Assembly: GCA_964442705.1 (NCBI GenBank) | Contig: CAYUAQ010000001.1 | Location: 14,976 to 78,975, forward strand | DNA from: an uncultured Desulfobacteraceae bacterium | GTDB lineage: Bacteria > Desulfobacterota > Desulfobacteria > Desulfobacterales > JALSRD01 | Direction: 5' to 3' | DNA: 64,000 nucleotides | Shown: in pieces, positions 53,755 through 64,000 of the stretch | How positions within the stretch are numbered: position 1 is the first letter of the stretch | Layout of the letters: every line of letters begins with the position of its first letter | Notes under the pieces: model-generated | The model's database searches: none | What the model saw: only the letters and a program-made list of their open reading frames with translations | What the model was told of the DNA's origin: nothing | Made by a program: the position numbers and the translations under genes

Positions 53755-53852
53755 TGGCGGAAGTGCATGGGAATCGAACCCACCCGGGACGGTTTTAGCG
53801 CCCCACACCGGATTTGAAGTCCGGGAGCCCCACCAGTGAGCTGCGCACTTCC
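53755..53852 (-). tRNA. selC: tRNA-Sec (anticodon UCA)
   Basis: The reverse complement reads GGAAGTGCGCAGCTCACTGGTGGGGCTCCCGGACTTCAAATCCGGTGTGGGGCGCTAAAACCGTCCCGGGTGGGTTCGATTCCCATGCACTTCCGCCA. It has an 8-bp acceptor stem, anticodon loop CUUCAAA, a long variable arm, a T-loop GGTTCGATTCC and an encoded CCA. It is closely parallel to E. coli selC as recalled. Confidence 0.9.
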
Positions 53853-53994
53853 GCACGGTTTGGGCATAACTTATTATCAACCCCCTTTTTTGTCAATATT
53901 TTTAAGGCAACCATATTCCCCTAAAGCATGCTGGCGATATGCTGATAGAAGAGATGAGGGGACTTAGGATTTAAAGCCCAGGCATTAAAAAATA

Positions 53995-54480
53995 ATGGAA
54001 TGGGACCCTGATCTGAGTGCCAGACAGAAAGTAACCCTCTTTCTGGCCACCGGCGGCTTGGTTGGCCTGATACCCGTGGCCCCGGGAACCTTCGGATCCC
54101 TGGTAGGGCTGGGAGGGTGCTACCTGCTGGCCGGGCTGGACTTTTCCCTTGCTTTAATCCTGACGATCGTACTATTTGTTTTAGCCGTCAGGATTGCCGG
54201 CGATGCCGAAAAACTGCTGGGCCAAAAAGACCCGGGCGCTATCGTAATCGATGAAATCACCGGCATGGCTGTTACACTGCTGGGCTTTCCCTTCAGCTTC
54301 CCCGTGGCCATAGCCGGGTTTTTGCTGTTTCGGGTGCTGGATATCAGTAAACCGCCGCCTGTCCGCACCGTCGAACGGCGTTTTTCGGGCGGATTCGGTA
54401 TTGTTGTCGACGACGTGGTCGCCGGCGTGATGGCCAACCTGATACTGAGGCTGGTGTCAGCGGTTTTTCAGGTTTTTTAA
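53995..54480 (+). CDS. pgpA: Phosphatidylglycerophosphatase A
   Basis: PGTFGSLVGL, IVIDEITGM, FRVLDISKPPP, VVDDVVAGVMANL. Confidence 0.88.
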   Translation: MEWDPDLSARQKVTLFLATGGLVGLIPVAPGTFGSLVGLGGCYLLAGLDFSLALILTIVLFVLAVRIAGDAEKLLGQKDPGAIVIDEITGMAVTLLGFPFSFPVAIAGFLLFRVLDISKPPPVRTVERRFSGGFGIVVDDVVAGVMANLILRLVSAVFQVF

Positions 54481-54525
54481 AAGCGATGGTTGGCCACGCC
54501 ATATCGGGAAAGGCAATTTTAAAAT

Positions 54526-55170
54526 TTGAGCACAAAGCAACTGGCTGAAAAAAAAACTAAAATTAAGAAAAAAAGCGCCTGGCGTGAAAACATCGAGGCC
54601 ATTGCCATTGCGGTGGTGCTGGCCCTTTTCATTCGCGCCTTTGTCGTCCAGGCCTTTAAAATCCCCTCCGGTTCCATGAAAGACACCCTTCTGATCGGAG
54701 ACCACATCCTGGTCAATAAGTTCATCTACGGCATTAAAATGCCCTTCAGCAACGCCACTCTCATTTCCGTCAAGAATCCGCAGCGGGGCGACATCATGGT
54801 TTTTAAATTCCCGGAGGATCCCGAGAAGGATTTCATCAAACGGGTGATTGGCGTGGAGGGGGACGTGGTGGAGGTTCGCCAGAAAAAGGTTTTCGTCAAC
54901 CACAAGGAACTCGACGAACCCTACGCCAAACACACCGATCCACGCATCATTCCGGCGTGGATTCAGCCGCGGGACAATTTCGGGCCGGTGACCGTTCCCA
55001 AAGACAGCCTTTTCGTCATGGGAGACAACCGTGACCACAGCTACGACAGCCGCTTCTGGGGATTCGTCAAGCTCGATGCCGTCAGAGGCAAGGCCTTTAT
55101 CATCTACTGGTCATGGGTCGACGACACCTTCGGCGTTCGCTGGGGGCGTATCGGTCACTTGCTGCATTAA
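54526..55170 (+). CDS. lepB: Signal peptidase I
   Basis: IPSGSMKDTLLIGDHILVNKF, RGDIMVFKFP, KRVIGVEGD, GDNRDHSYDSRFWGFV. Confidence 0.92.
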   Translation: MSTKQLAEKKTKIKKKSAWRENIEAIAIAVVLALFIRAFVVQAFKIPSGSMKDTLLIGDHILVNKFIYGIKMPFSNATLISVKNPQRGDIMVFKFPEDPEKDFIKRVIGVEGDVVEVRQKKVFVNHKELDEPYAKHTDPRIIPAWIQPRDNFGPVTVPKDSLFVMGDNRDHSYDSRFWGFVKLDAVRGKAFIIYWSWVDDTFGVRWGRIGHLLH

Positions 55171-55171
55171 A

Positions 55172-56486
55172 ATGAAAATGGTAATCAAAAACGCCCGCAT
55201 TCTGGATCCCGGCAAGCGGGACACAACGGGAGATATCTGGATCAGCGACGGCATTGTCACTGAACTGGGGCGCGGTGCCTCTGCCCTGAACGGAAAAGCC
55301 GACCGTGTCATCGATGCTTCGGGATGCACCGCCGTTCCCGGGTTGATCGACATGCATGTGCATTTCAGAGAGCCGGGTCAGGAGCACAAGGAAACCATCG
55401 CCAGCGGCTGCCGGGCGGCGGCCAGAGGCGGTTTTACAGCGGTGTGCCCCATGCCCAACACCGAGCCGCCCAATGATTCCCCTGAAATCATGCAGCTGAT
55501 TCTGGGCAAAGCGTCCCAGGCCAACGGGGTGCGGGTTTTGCCGGTGGCCGCCATCACGCGGGGTCTCGGGGGAAAGACCCTTACTGACTTTTCCGCCCTC
55601 AAAACCTGTGGCGCGGTGGCCGTCTCCGACGACGGCCATCCGGTGGTGAGCGGTTCAGTGATGCAGCAGGCGATGGAGGCAGCCCGTGAGCAAGACCTGC
55701 TGGTGATCTCCCACAGCGAAGACCTGTCGTTTTCAGCCGGCGGCCACATGAATGCGGGCACGGTTTCCCGCCGGCTGGGCTATGCCGGCATACCCAGTGC
55801 CGCCGAGTATGTAATGGTGGCCCGTGACATTGCCCTGTGTGAAATGACGGGCGCGCGGTTGCACATCGCCCACGTCAGTACCCGACAGTCCGTGCTGGCC
55901 ATCCGCAAGGCCAAAGACAGGGGGCTTCCGGTGAGTGCCGAGACCGCCCCCCATTACCTGTTTTTGACCGACCATACCGTGGAAGCACTGGGAGCCGCCG
56001 CCAAGATGAACCCGCCCCTGCGGACTCCCGCCGATCAGCGGGCGCTTCGGGAGGGACTGGTCGACGGTACTATCGACGCCATCGCTACCGATCATGCCCC
56101 TCACAGCCCGGAAGAGAAAAACATGCCTTTTGAGCAGGCCCCCAACGGCGTCATTGGTCTGGAAACATCCCTGGGGCTGGGTCTCAAGCTGGTGGAAGAG
56201 GGCGTACTGGACATGGACCAGCTGGTGGCTAAAATGTCGCTAAACCCGGCCCGGCTCCTGGGAATCGATCATCATCTGACGCCGGGCCGGCCGGCCGACC
56301 TTACGCTCATCGATCCGGCCGCTTCCTGGAAAGTACGTCCGGAGCTGTTTGCCTCCCGCAGCCGCAACACGCCTTTTGCCGGATGGGAGCTTCCGGGCCG
56401 GGCCGTGCTCACCATGGCCGGCGGCCGTGTGGTTCACGATGATTTGATCAGGAATGAAGCCCCTCACAGTGGAACGGACGGACAGC

Positions 56487-56494
<8 letters not shown>
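55172..56494 (+). CDS. pyrC: Dihydroorotase
   Basis: PGLIDMHVHFREPGQEHKETI, GGFTAV, HIAHVST, TDHAPHS. Start at MKMVIKN, 1 nt after the lepB stop. Confidence 0.9.
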
Positions 56495-57887
<1,393 letters not shown>

Positions 57888-58131
57888 TCCAACTCCGGCT
57901 TTAATCCAGGCTCACCCACTCCCGGTCTCTTTCTTTAACTGTATGGATGCGTGCGTTCAGCTGCCCAGAGCGTTGGTCAGGTCCTATCAAATTTTTGTCC
58001 TGCCCCTGACAATCTTTGTTTTCATCCCTCGGCGCTGCCTGCCCGTGCACCGGCGCATCAATTGGCAGCAAAATAAAAAAATATAGATAAAATAAGTTGT
58101 TAGAATATATAGCGACGACTTTTTCGGCTTT

Positions 58132-58147
58132 TGGCATGTGGCTTGCT
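58132..58147 (+). promoter_or_regulatory. Sigma-54 promoter of pilA
   Basis: TGGCAT-GTGGC-TTGCT with exact GG-N10-GC spacing, about 128 nt upstream of the pilA ATG. Confidence 0.75.
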
Positions 58148-58274
58148 ATATCTCTGTGCAAACGATGAAAAATTAAAGAAATCTGGTGAAAGGGGGGATA
58201 ATTAAAAAGAGTTCAGAGAAAGTTCGGGAGACAACAAACCAACACCATTTCATTATTCAAAGGAGATAAACGCA

Positions 58275-58700
58275 ATGCTGAGCAAACTGAGGACAAACAA
58301 ATCCGGTTTCACCCTGATCGAACTGATGATCGTCATCGCCATCATCGGCATTCTGGCGGCCATCGCCCTGCCCAACTACATTTCATACAGGAACAAAGCC
58401 TATTGTTCCAGCGCGGAAAACGACGCCGACACGATTCTGTCCACGCTTTCCGACTACTATGCCATTCCGTCTCATACGGCCATGATCACCGGCAACGTTG
58501 GCCCTGCCGCGACCACACTTAACGGTGTGGCGTTCAAAGCGCTGTCCAACGGGAATACCGCTGTGCTCAGCAATCCCGCTGGCGATACTCTTCGTGTGGT
58601 GGTAACTGACGTCAGTGGTAGATGTCCTTCTGATTACCGGACATCGCAGTCCCTGGCAGGCTGGAGCACTACTGCCAACACCTTCCAGAAAGACATGTAG
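58275..58700 (+). CDS. pilA: Type IVa major pilin
   Basis: [11 protein letters not shown]|[42 protein letters not shown]. Ser/Thr-rich C-terminal half with a Cys pair. Confidence 0.9.
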   Translation: MLSKLRTNKSGFTLIELMIVIAIIGILAAIALPNYISYRNKAYCSSAENDADTILSTLSDYYAIPSHTAMITGNVGPAATTLNGVAFKALSNGNTAVLSNPAGDTLRVVVTDVSGRCPSDYRTSQSLAGWSTTANTFQKDM

Positions 58701-58752
58701 CAGGAAAAGTTGCTTGCTCACTTTTAATGTAAGCCGATTAAACACGTGAACT

Positions 58753-58788
58753 TAGGAGGGGATGGCCAAGTCCATCCCCTCCTGAATT
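58753..58788 (+). terminator. Strong hairpin terminator after pilA
   Basis: AGGAGGGGATGG-CCAAGT-CCATCCCCTCCT, a 12-bp perfect stem, then GAATTTG. Confidence 0.6.
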
Positions 58789-58840
58789 TGTCATGCATTT
58801 ATGCTGAAAGAAAATTCTTCGGCGCAACCGGCTGGCGAAA

Positions 58841-60874
58841 ATGAAGGCGTTCACTGACTCAGCACACGGAGAAAGGCTTTCAGACGATAAGCTGAAAATC
58901 GTCATCTGTGTACTCTTGGCCATCGTCACCTTTTCTGTCTACCAGCAGGTGAGCAGCCACGATTTCATCAATTTCGATGATGATATTTATATAACCAAAA
59001 ACCCCAGAGTAGCCCAGGGGCTCACCTGGGACAATGTGGTCTGGGCATTCCGCACGACCTATTTCGGTAACTGGCATCCGTTGACATGGGTGTCCTATTT
59101 TATAGACGCACAGCTTTTCGGGGTCAACGCCTCGGCCTTCCTACTGGTCAACGTCTTCATTCATATCGGCACGACGCTGCTTCTGTTCTTGTTTCTCAGC
59201 AAGGCCACTGCATGTCCGTGGCGTAGCGCGTTCGTGGCAGCCCTTTTTGCCCTGCATCCCCTGCATGTCGAGTCTGTAGCCTGGGCATCTGAACGCAAAG
59301 ACGTCCTGTGCGCTTTTTTCTGGATGCTCACCATGGGGGCCTACTTCAGCTATGCCAGGGCCCCCACATATGCCAGATACCTGCGGATGCTTTTTTGCTT
59401 TCTCCTGGGCATGATGGCCAAACCGATGATGGTGACGCTGCCTTTTGTGCTGCTGCTCATGGATTACTGGCCACTGAAAAGGCTGAGTTTAACAGGCTTG
59501 CCTGAAGGGATTGGCAGGGCCTTGATGCCGCTGGAAAATCAGGCCTCTGCATCCAAGGCAGGCTTTAGTAAATCAGCGGCGGCCTTGGTCAAAGAAAAAA
59601 TCCCCCTGTTTATAATCGTGGCTGCATCCGGAGTGGTCACGTTTGTGGTGCAGCAGAACAGCGGAGCTGTGGCACCCCTTGAGATCATCCCCACCGGCTT
59701 CAGAACAGCCAATGCGCTGGTATCATACTTTTCTTATTTGATACGCATGTTCTGGCCGCACAACCTGTCCGTTTTCTATCCCTATCCTGAAACGATTCCC
59801 TGGTGGAAGATTGCCTCCGCCGTCGCCACCCTGTTGACCGTAAGTTATCTGACCATAAGATATGCACCTAGATATCCTTACCTGCTGGTAGGATGGCTTT
59901 GGTATCTGGGGACATTGGTACCCGTTATAGGGTTCCTACAGGTGGGTTTGCAGGCTATGGCCGATCGATACACTTACATTCCGATGATCGGCCTGTTTAT
60001 AATGTTGGTGTGGTTCGCCTTTGACATGACGGCTTCAAAACCGCTTCGGCAAATGACGATGTGTCTGGTTGCAACCACGTCTATACTGGTGCTTGTCGTT
60101 TTGAGCACACGGCAAATCGGTTATTGGAAAAACAGCTTTACGATTTTCAAACATGCCCTTGAAACGACTCCAGCGAGTGCCACGACGCTCAACAATTATG
60201 GGCTAGCCTTGATCGCCAGAGGGCGGTTGGTTGAAGCCAGTGAGCTTTTTAGGACCGCTATCCGGCTGGAACCTCAAAGAGCGCAGTCTTATGTGAATCT
60301 GGGCTTGTCCTTCTCTGAACAGGGACGACTGGAGAAAGCTCTTTTATACTTCAAAGAGGCCCATCGCCTCGATCCCAGCGATCCGATAGCTGTAAAGAAT
60401 TATAAAAGAACTGCAAAGATACTCGATGAGAGGCTTGGTACCATTGCTGCTCTTGAACAGCAGTTGCCTGAAGAACCGGAGAATGTCGCGCTTCTGATCA
60501 GAATTGGCACTCTTTATCAGAATATCTACAAATTACAAAGGGCTATTACTTGCTTTCGCACCGTACTGAGCATTGATGCCGCTAATGTGGAAGCACGCAA
60601 CGCGCTGGCTGCGGCTTATGCCATGCAGGGAAATTACGAAGAAGCAGAGGCTCAGTTCAAACGGGCCCTTGAAACCCAGCCCAAAAGAAGCGAGACCTAT
60701 TATCTGTTGGCTGGTCTGTATGGGCGTCAGAAAAGAACAGCGCTTTCGATGGAGTGGCTGCGAAAAGCGATTAAAATGGGGTTCAAAGATTGGAAATATT
60801 TGAGAATAGATCCAAATTTCAGGCTCTTAAGACAGCATCCCGATTTTTATAAATTGATAAATCAGTCTTCGTGA
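58841..60874 (+). CDS. Polytopic membrane protein with PMT/TMTC-like (GT-C-type, DUF1736-like) N-terminal domain and C-terminal TPR repeats
   Basis: 677 aa. N-terminus FINFDDDIYITKNPRVAQGLTWDNVVWAFRTTYFGNWHPLTW, LHPLHVESVAWASERKDVL, KPMMVTLPFVLLLMDYWP, ADRYTYIP, with many TM helices. The C-terminus has TPR repeats (NNYGLALIARGRLVEASELFRTAIRLEP...). Confidence 0.75.
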   Translation: MKAFTDSAHGERLSDDKLKIVICVLLAIVTFSVYQQVSSHDFINFDDDIYITKNPRVAQGLTWDNVVWAFRTTYFGNWHPLTWVSYFIDAQLFGVNASAFLLVNVFIHIGTTLLLFLFLSKATACPWRSAFVAALFALHPLHVESVAWASERKDVLCAFFWMLTMGAYFSYARAPTYARYLRMLFCFLLGMMAKPMMVTLPFVLLLMDYWPLKRLSLTGLPEGIGRALMPLENQASASKAGFSKSAAALVKEKIPLFIIVAASGVVTFVVQQNSGAVAPLEIIPTGFRTANALVSYFSYLIRMFWPHNLSVFYPYPETIPWWKIASAVATLLTVSYLTIRYAPRYPYLLVGWLWYLGTLVPVIGFLQVGLQAMADRYTYIPMIGLFIMLVWFAFDMTASKPLRQMTMCLVATTSILVLVVLSTRQIGYWKNSFTIFKHALETTPASATTLNNYGLALIARGRLVEASELFRTAIRLEPQRAQSYVNLGLSFSEQGRLEKALLYFKEAHRLDPSDPIAVKNYKRTAKILDERLGTIAALEQQLPEEPENVALLIRIGTLYQNIYKLQRAITCFRTVLSIDAANVEARNALAAAYAMQGNYEEAEAQFKRALETQPKRSETYYLLAGLYGRQKRTALSMEWLRKAIKMGFKDWKYLRIDPNFRLLRQHPDFYKLINQSS

Positions 60875-60889
60875 AAGGGGCTGCATATC

Positions 60890-61711
60890 ATGTTTAAAGG
60901 TAAAAAAGTCATAGTTGTCATGCCTGCATACAATGCAGAAAAGACACTGAAAAAAACGTATGATGAGGTTATGGCGCAGGAAATAGTCGATGAGGTAATT
61001 ATCGTCGATGACGCCAGTATGGATAAAACCGTGGAAATCGGAAAAATGCTACCCAAGGCGATAGTCCACAGACATGATCAAAATCGCGGCTATGGCGCCA
61101 ATCAGAAAACGTGTTATAAACTAGCGCTCGAAATGGGTGCCGATATCGTAATCATGGTCCATCCCGACTACCAGTATACCCCCAAGCTGATTCCTGCCAT
61201 GGCCTCCATCATTGGAAACGATCTGTATCCCTGTGTATTGGGGTCCCGTATTTTAGGAGGTTATGCGCTGAAAGGCGGGATGCCGCGGTGGCGATATATA
61301 GCTAATCGTGGTTTGACCCTGATTGAAAATTTTCTCATGGGAGCAAAAATTTCCGAATTTCACAGTGGTTACCGGGCATTTTCGGGTAAACTGCTGGAGC
61401 AGCTGCCCTTGAAAGGCAATTCAGACGATTTTGTGTTTGATAATCAGATGCTTGCACAAATTCTCTGGTTCGGTTTCCCGATTGCAGAAGTCACTTGTCC
61501 ATCGAAATATTTCACCGAAGCTTCTTCAATCAATCTTATGAGAAGTATCGTATATGGATTCGGATGTATCTTTACGGCATTGCAATACAGACTGTCAAAG
61601 ATGAAGTTGCTGCAGTCAAACATTTTTCCGAAAATCTGTGCGGAAAAAACTGGCAATATAGGTACGCAGTATATTTTGAAGAATAGGCCGAATTTTTCTA
61701 GCGGTGAATAG
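60890..61711 (+). CDS. GT2-family glycosyltransferase (polyprenyl-phosphate sugar synthase/Dpm1-like)
   Basis: VIVVMPAYNAEKTL, IIVDDASMDKT, QNRGYGANQ, VHPDYQY. Confidence 0.8.
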   Translation: MFKGKKVIVVMPAYNAEKTLKKTYDEVMAQEIVDEVIIVDDASMDKTVEIGKMLPKAIVHRHDQNRGYGANQKTCYKLALEMGADIVIMVHPDYQYTPKLIPAMASIIGNDLYPCVLGSRILGGYALKGGMPRWRYIANRGLTLIENFLMGAKISEFHSGYRAFSGKLLEQLPLKGNSDDFVFDNQMLAQILWFGFPIAEVTCPSKYFTEASSINLMRSIVYGFGCIFTALQYRLSKMKLLQSNIFPKICAEKTGNIGTQYILKNRPNFSSGE

Positions 61712-61712
61712 C

Positions 61713-62486
61713 ATGAGCAATCGTTTCCAGCGCTTTTTCGAAGAGAACGCCTATGTAGCAGCCAAGAGATATATCTATAATTACCACATTCGCCGCAGAG
61801 CAGTAACCGCTCTTCTGAGGGGAGAGCACCATCGGCTTGTGCTTGAAATGGGGTGTGGCGTGGCGCCGGTAGTGCCCAATCATAAAGGTACGGTTTATGT
61901 GGATCTGTCATTTACAGCCGTTCAGTTGTTAAAAAAAGAGTCCGGGGCTGCCGGTTTTGTGGTTGCGGACGGGACGAATTTGCCGTTCAAGTCGCATGTG
62001 TTTTCCCATACGGTAACTTCTGAAGTACTGGAACATATTGAAGATGATGAAGGAGCCCTGAAAGAATTGGCAAGAGTCATGTCCCCTGGAGGGAAATTAG
62101 TTATCACCTTTCCACACAGAAAGTTTTATTTCGCGATAGATGACCGTTATGTTGAACATTTCCGTCGATACGAAATTGAAGAGATAAAGGCGAAATTGGA
62201 GAAATACGGATTAATAACGGTAGGAATTGGTAAGGTGCTGGGTCCATTGGAAAAAATCACTATGTGGACTGTGACTGGAGTGCTCTCATTTGTTCAAATA
62301 TTAAATATAGAAAGGAAAACAGGAAAAAAGCAGATAAAACCCCCCAATGCCGCTTTATTTAAGATAATAACGCCCATTTTTAAATGGGTTAATAAATACT
62401 ATGGGCAGTTAGCCCGTTTGGACGCAAAAATAGCGCCTATGGCACTGGCTACTGTCTTGGTGATAAAATCACAATTGCCGGATTGA
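61713..62486 (+). CDS. Class I SAM-dependent methyltransferase with a C-terminal hydrophobic tail
   Basis: VLEMGCGVAP (motif I), VVADGTNLPF, SEVLEHIEDD, MSPGGKLVITFP. ATG lies 2 nt after the GT2 stop. Confidence 0.75.
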   Translation: MSNRFQRFFEENAYVAAKRYIYNYHIRRRAVTALLRGEHHRLVLEMGCGVAPVVPNHKGTVYVDLSFTAVQLLKKESGAAGFVVADGTNLPFKSHVFSHTVTSEVLEHIEDDEGALKELARVMSPGGKLVITFPHRKFYFAIDDRYVEHFRRYEIEEIKAKLEKYGLITVGIGKVLGPLEKITMWTVTGVLSFVQILNIERKTGKKQIKPPNAALFKIITPIFKWVNKYYGQLARLDAKIAPMALATVLVIKSQLPD

Positions 62487-62615
62487 TCAAGGGTGTAATA
62501 AGCACTATCAGTTATTGCCCCTACCGCCTTTCCCCCTCTTATCGAAAGATTACATTGTCTTTTCTAAAAAATCAGGGTCGCCATTATAAATTTCATTTGC
62601 TGCCTAAGGCATAAT

Positions 62616-64000
62616 ATGAGTTATCCGGCACAAAAAACAAATGGATGGGCAAGGCCGCTGGAAATAAATAGTATCAAAACCAGGAAATCTCATCTCGGTT
62701 GGACGGATATCGCGATATGCACGCTTATAATTGTTACAACACTATCCGTCTATTTTCAGGTTAAGAATTTTGAATTCATAAGCTACGATACACCGGAATA
62801 TGTATATGAAAACAAATATGTCGCACAAGGGTTAAGTGCCGAGGGCATAAAATGGGCACTGACAACGACTTACATGAGCAACTGGCATCCGTTATCATGG
62901 CTGTCCCATATGCTGGATGTAACCCTGTTTGGACTAGAGCCCGGTTCTCATCACTTAATGAATGTTTTTATTCACTTATTAAATACATTTCTCCTTTATA
63001 TCATTTTCCTAAGAATGACGGGTAAGCAATTGCAAAGCGCAACGGTCGCAGCTTTGTTTGCGCTTCACCCACTCCATGTCCAATCTGTTGTTTGGGTCGC
63101 TGAACGAAAAGATTTGCTCAGCACCATGTTTTTCATGCTAACAGTAATTGCTTACTTAAACTACCTCAAAAATCACAGCTTAAAATGGTACTTGAGCGTT
63201 ATTTTGATATATATCCTGGGATTAGCGTGCAAGCCCATGATTGTTACACTGCCATTTGTTTTATGGTTGCTTGATTACTGGCCATTGAAAAGATACGGAT
63301 TTAAGCTGAATACGCCTGGCCGCAAAGTCGCGGCATATTCATTTGGGGATAAAATGCCCCTCTTGATGCTATCGGCTGCAAGTAGCGTAATTACCATAGT
63401 TGCTCAGCAATCTGGAGGGGCGATGGCGTCCCTCGGGGAAATAGGACTAAAAGCGAGATTGGTGAACGCTGTTTTTGGTTATACGATGTACCTGAGAAAG
63501 ATAATATGGCCTGACAATATTGCCATCGTCTATCCTTATCCGGAGCACCTATCCAGCTGGGCCATCGTTTACTCTTGTGTTTGCATCTTGGGGACGTCTA
63601 TGCTCTCATTTTGGTCCATTAAAAAAAGGCCATGGCTTGCAGTGGGATGGTTATGGTTTGTCGGGACCCTTGTACCGGTGATTGGAATAGTTCAAGTGGG
63701 AATGCAATCCATGGCCGATAGATACACCTATATTCCAGCGATTGGCATTTTTGTAATGGTCTCCTGGGGTATGATCGCTGTCATGGAAGAACATAGTTTT
63801 AATAATAAATGGATGTTCGCATTATTGATTATGCTTTTATTTGTTTACTCGTCAGTAACGTGGAAGCAAATCGGGTATTGGAGAAACAGCGAGACGCTTT
63901 TCCGACACACGATTGATGTGACAGAAAAAAACTATATCGCTCACAACAATCTTGGGTACGAGCTGTTAGAAAAAGGCGATTTGGACAATGCCATAAGACA
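62616..64000 (+). CDS. Second PMT/TMTC-like membrane protein (paralog of 58841..60874), 3'-truncated by the window edge
   Basis: The open frame from ATG 62616 runs to the window end. FISYDTPEYVYENKYVAQGLSAEGIKWALTTTYMSNWHPLSW, LHPLHVQSVVWVAERKDLL, KPMIVTLPFVLWLLDYWP and ADRYTYIP parallel the first copy. It is absent from the ORF track because no stop is reached. Confidence 0.75.
   Translation, partial: MSYPAQKTNGWARPLEINSIKTRKSHLGWTDIAICTLIIVTTLSVYFQVKNFEFISYDTPEYVYENKYVAQGLSAEGIKWALTTTYMSNWHPLSWLSHMLDVTLFGLEPGSHHLMNVFIHLLNTFLLYIIFLRMTGKQLQSATVAALFALHPLHVQSVVWVAERKDLLSTMFFMLTVIAYLNYLKNHSLKWYLSVILIYILGLACKPMIVTLPFVLWLLDYWPLKRYGFKLNTPGRKVAAYSFGDKMPLLMLSAASSVITIVAQQSGGAMASLGEIGLKARLVNAVFGYTMYLRKIIWPDNIAIVYPYPEHLSSWAIVYSCVCILGTSMLSFWSIKKRPWLAVGWLWFVGTLVPVIGIVQVGMQSMADRYTYIPAIGIFVMVSWGMIAVMEEHSFNNKWMFALLIMLLFVYSSVTWKQIGYWRNSETLFRHTIDVTEKNYIAHNNLGYELLEKGDLDNAIR

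Noticed and set aside
53755-53852. selC as an integration hotspot marking a genomic island
   Set aside because: No integrase, direct repeat of the tRNA 3' end or obvious foreign gene block was seen next to the tRNA. The flanking genes (thioesterase, pgpA, lepB, pyrC) are housekeeping.

Overview
High-GC (by eye) bacterial chromosomal window. The gene content looks Desulfobacterota/Deltaproteobacteria-like, but that is inference. About 55 protein genes and one tRNA (selC) are supportable. No CRISPR array, rRNA, transposase or integrase was recognised.

Layout:
- 1-6.7 kb: partial PP2C/SpoIIE phosphatase, a NuoF-like/GltD-like Fe-S flavoprotein, a pentapeptide-repeat membrane protein, a GT4 glycosyltransferase and pyruvate kinase.
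- 6.8-21.7 kb: a catabolic supercluster. It holds a DeoR regulator, EtfBA, a dimethylglycine/sarcosine-dehydrogenase-like enzyme, a PhnS2T2U2-type (2-aminoethylphosphonate-like) ABC importer, and an operon of two citrate-synthase-fold proteins, a PhnW-like transaminase and a CoA-acylating aldehyde dehydrogenase.
- 21.7-28.1 kb: small hypothetical, ASCH and NUDIX genes, a LysR regulator, a secreted protein and a nucleotide-sugar dehydrogenase.
- 28.4-34.8 kb: a non-housekeeping Hsp70 module. It holds an 888-aa helical protein, a J-like protein with a degenerate HPD motif, a GrpE-like protein, a short Hsp70, a Zn-ribbon protein and a convergent DUF1232-J protein.
- 35.2-46 kb: a type IV pilus minor-pilin operon with a 1793-aa PA14-containing PilY1-like protein and a PilB/GspE ATPase.
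- 46-57.9 kb: housekeeping genes. These are an EF-G paralog, Smr, rsmG, dinB, thioesterases, selC, pgpA, lepB, pyrC and a sigma-54 response regulator.
- 58.1-64 kb: a visibly AT-richer segment. It holds a sigma-54-driven pilA followed by two TMTC/PMT-like TPR membrane proteins, a GT2 and a methyltransferase.

Top candidates for undescribed biology are (1) the citrate-synthase-fold/acylating-ALDH/PhnW-like operon, which lacks any known C-P or C-S cleaving enzyme, (2) the Hsp70/GrpE/J/giant-helical-protein module, and (3) the pilA-linked GT-C-like glycosylation cluster.

All family assignments come from reading the translated ORFs and recalling motifs. No database search was run. Hand-counted coordinates of small sites may be off by a few nt.
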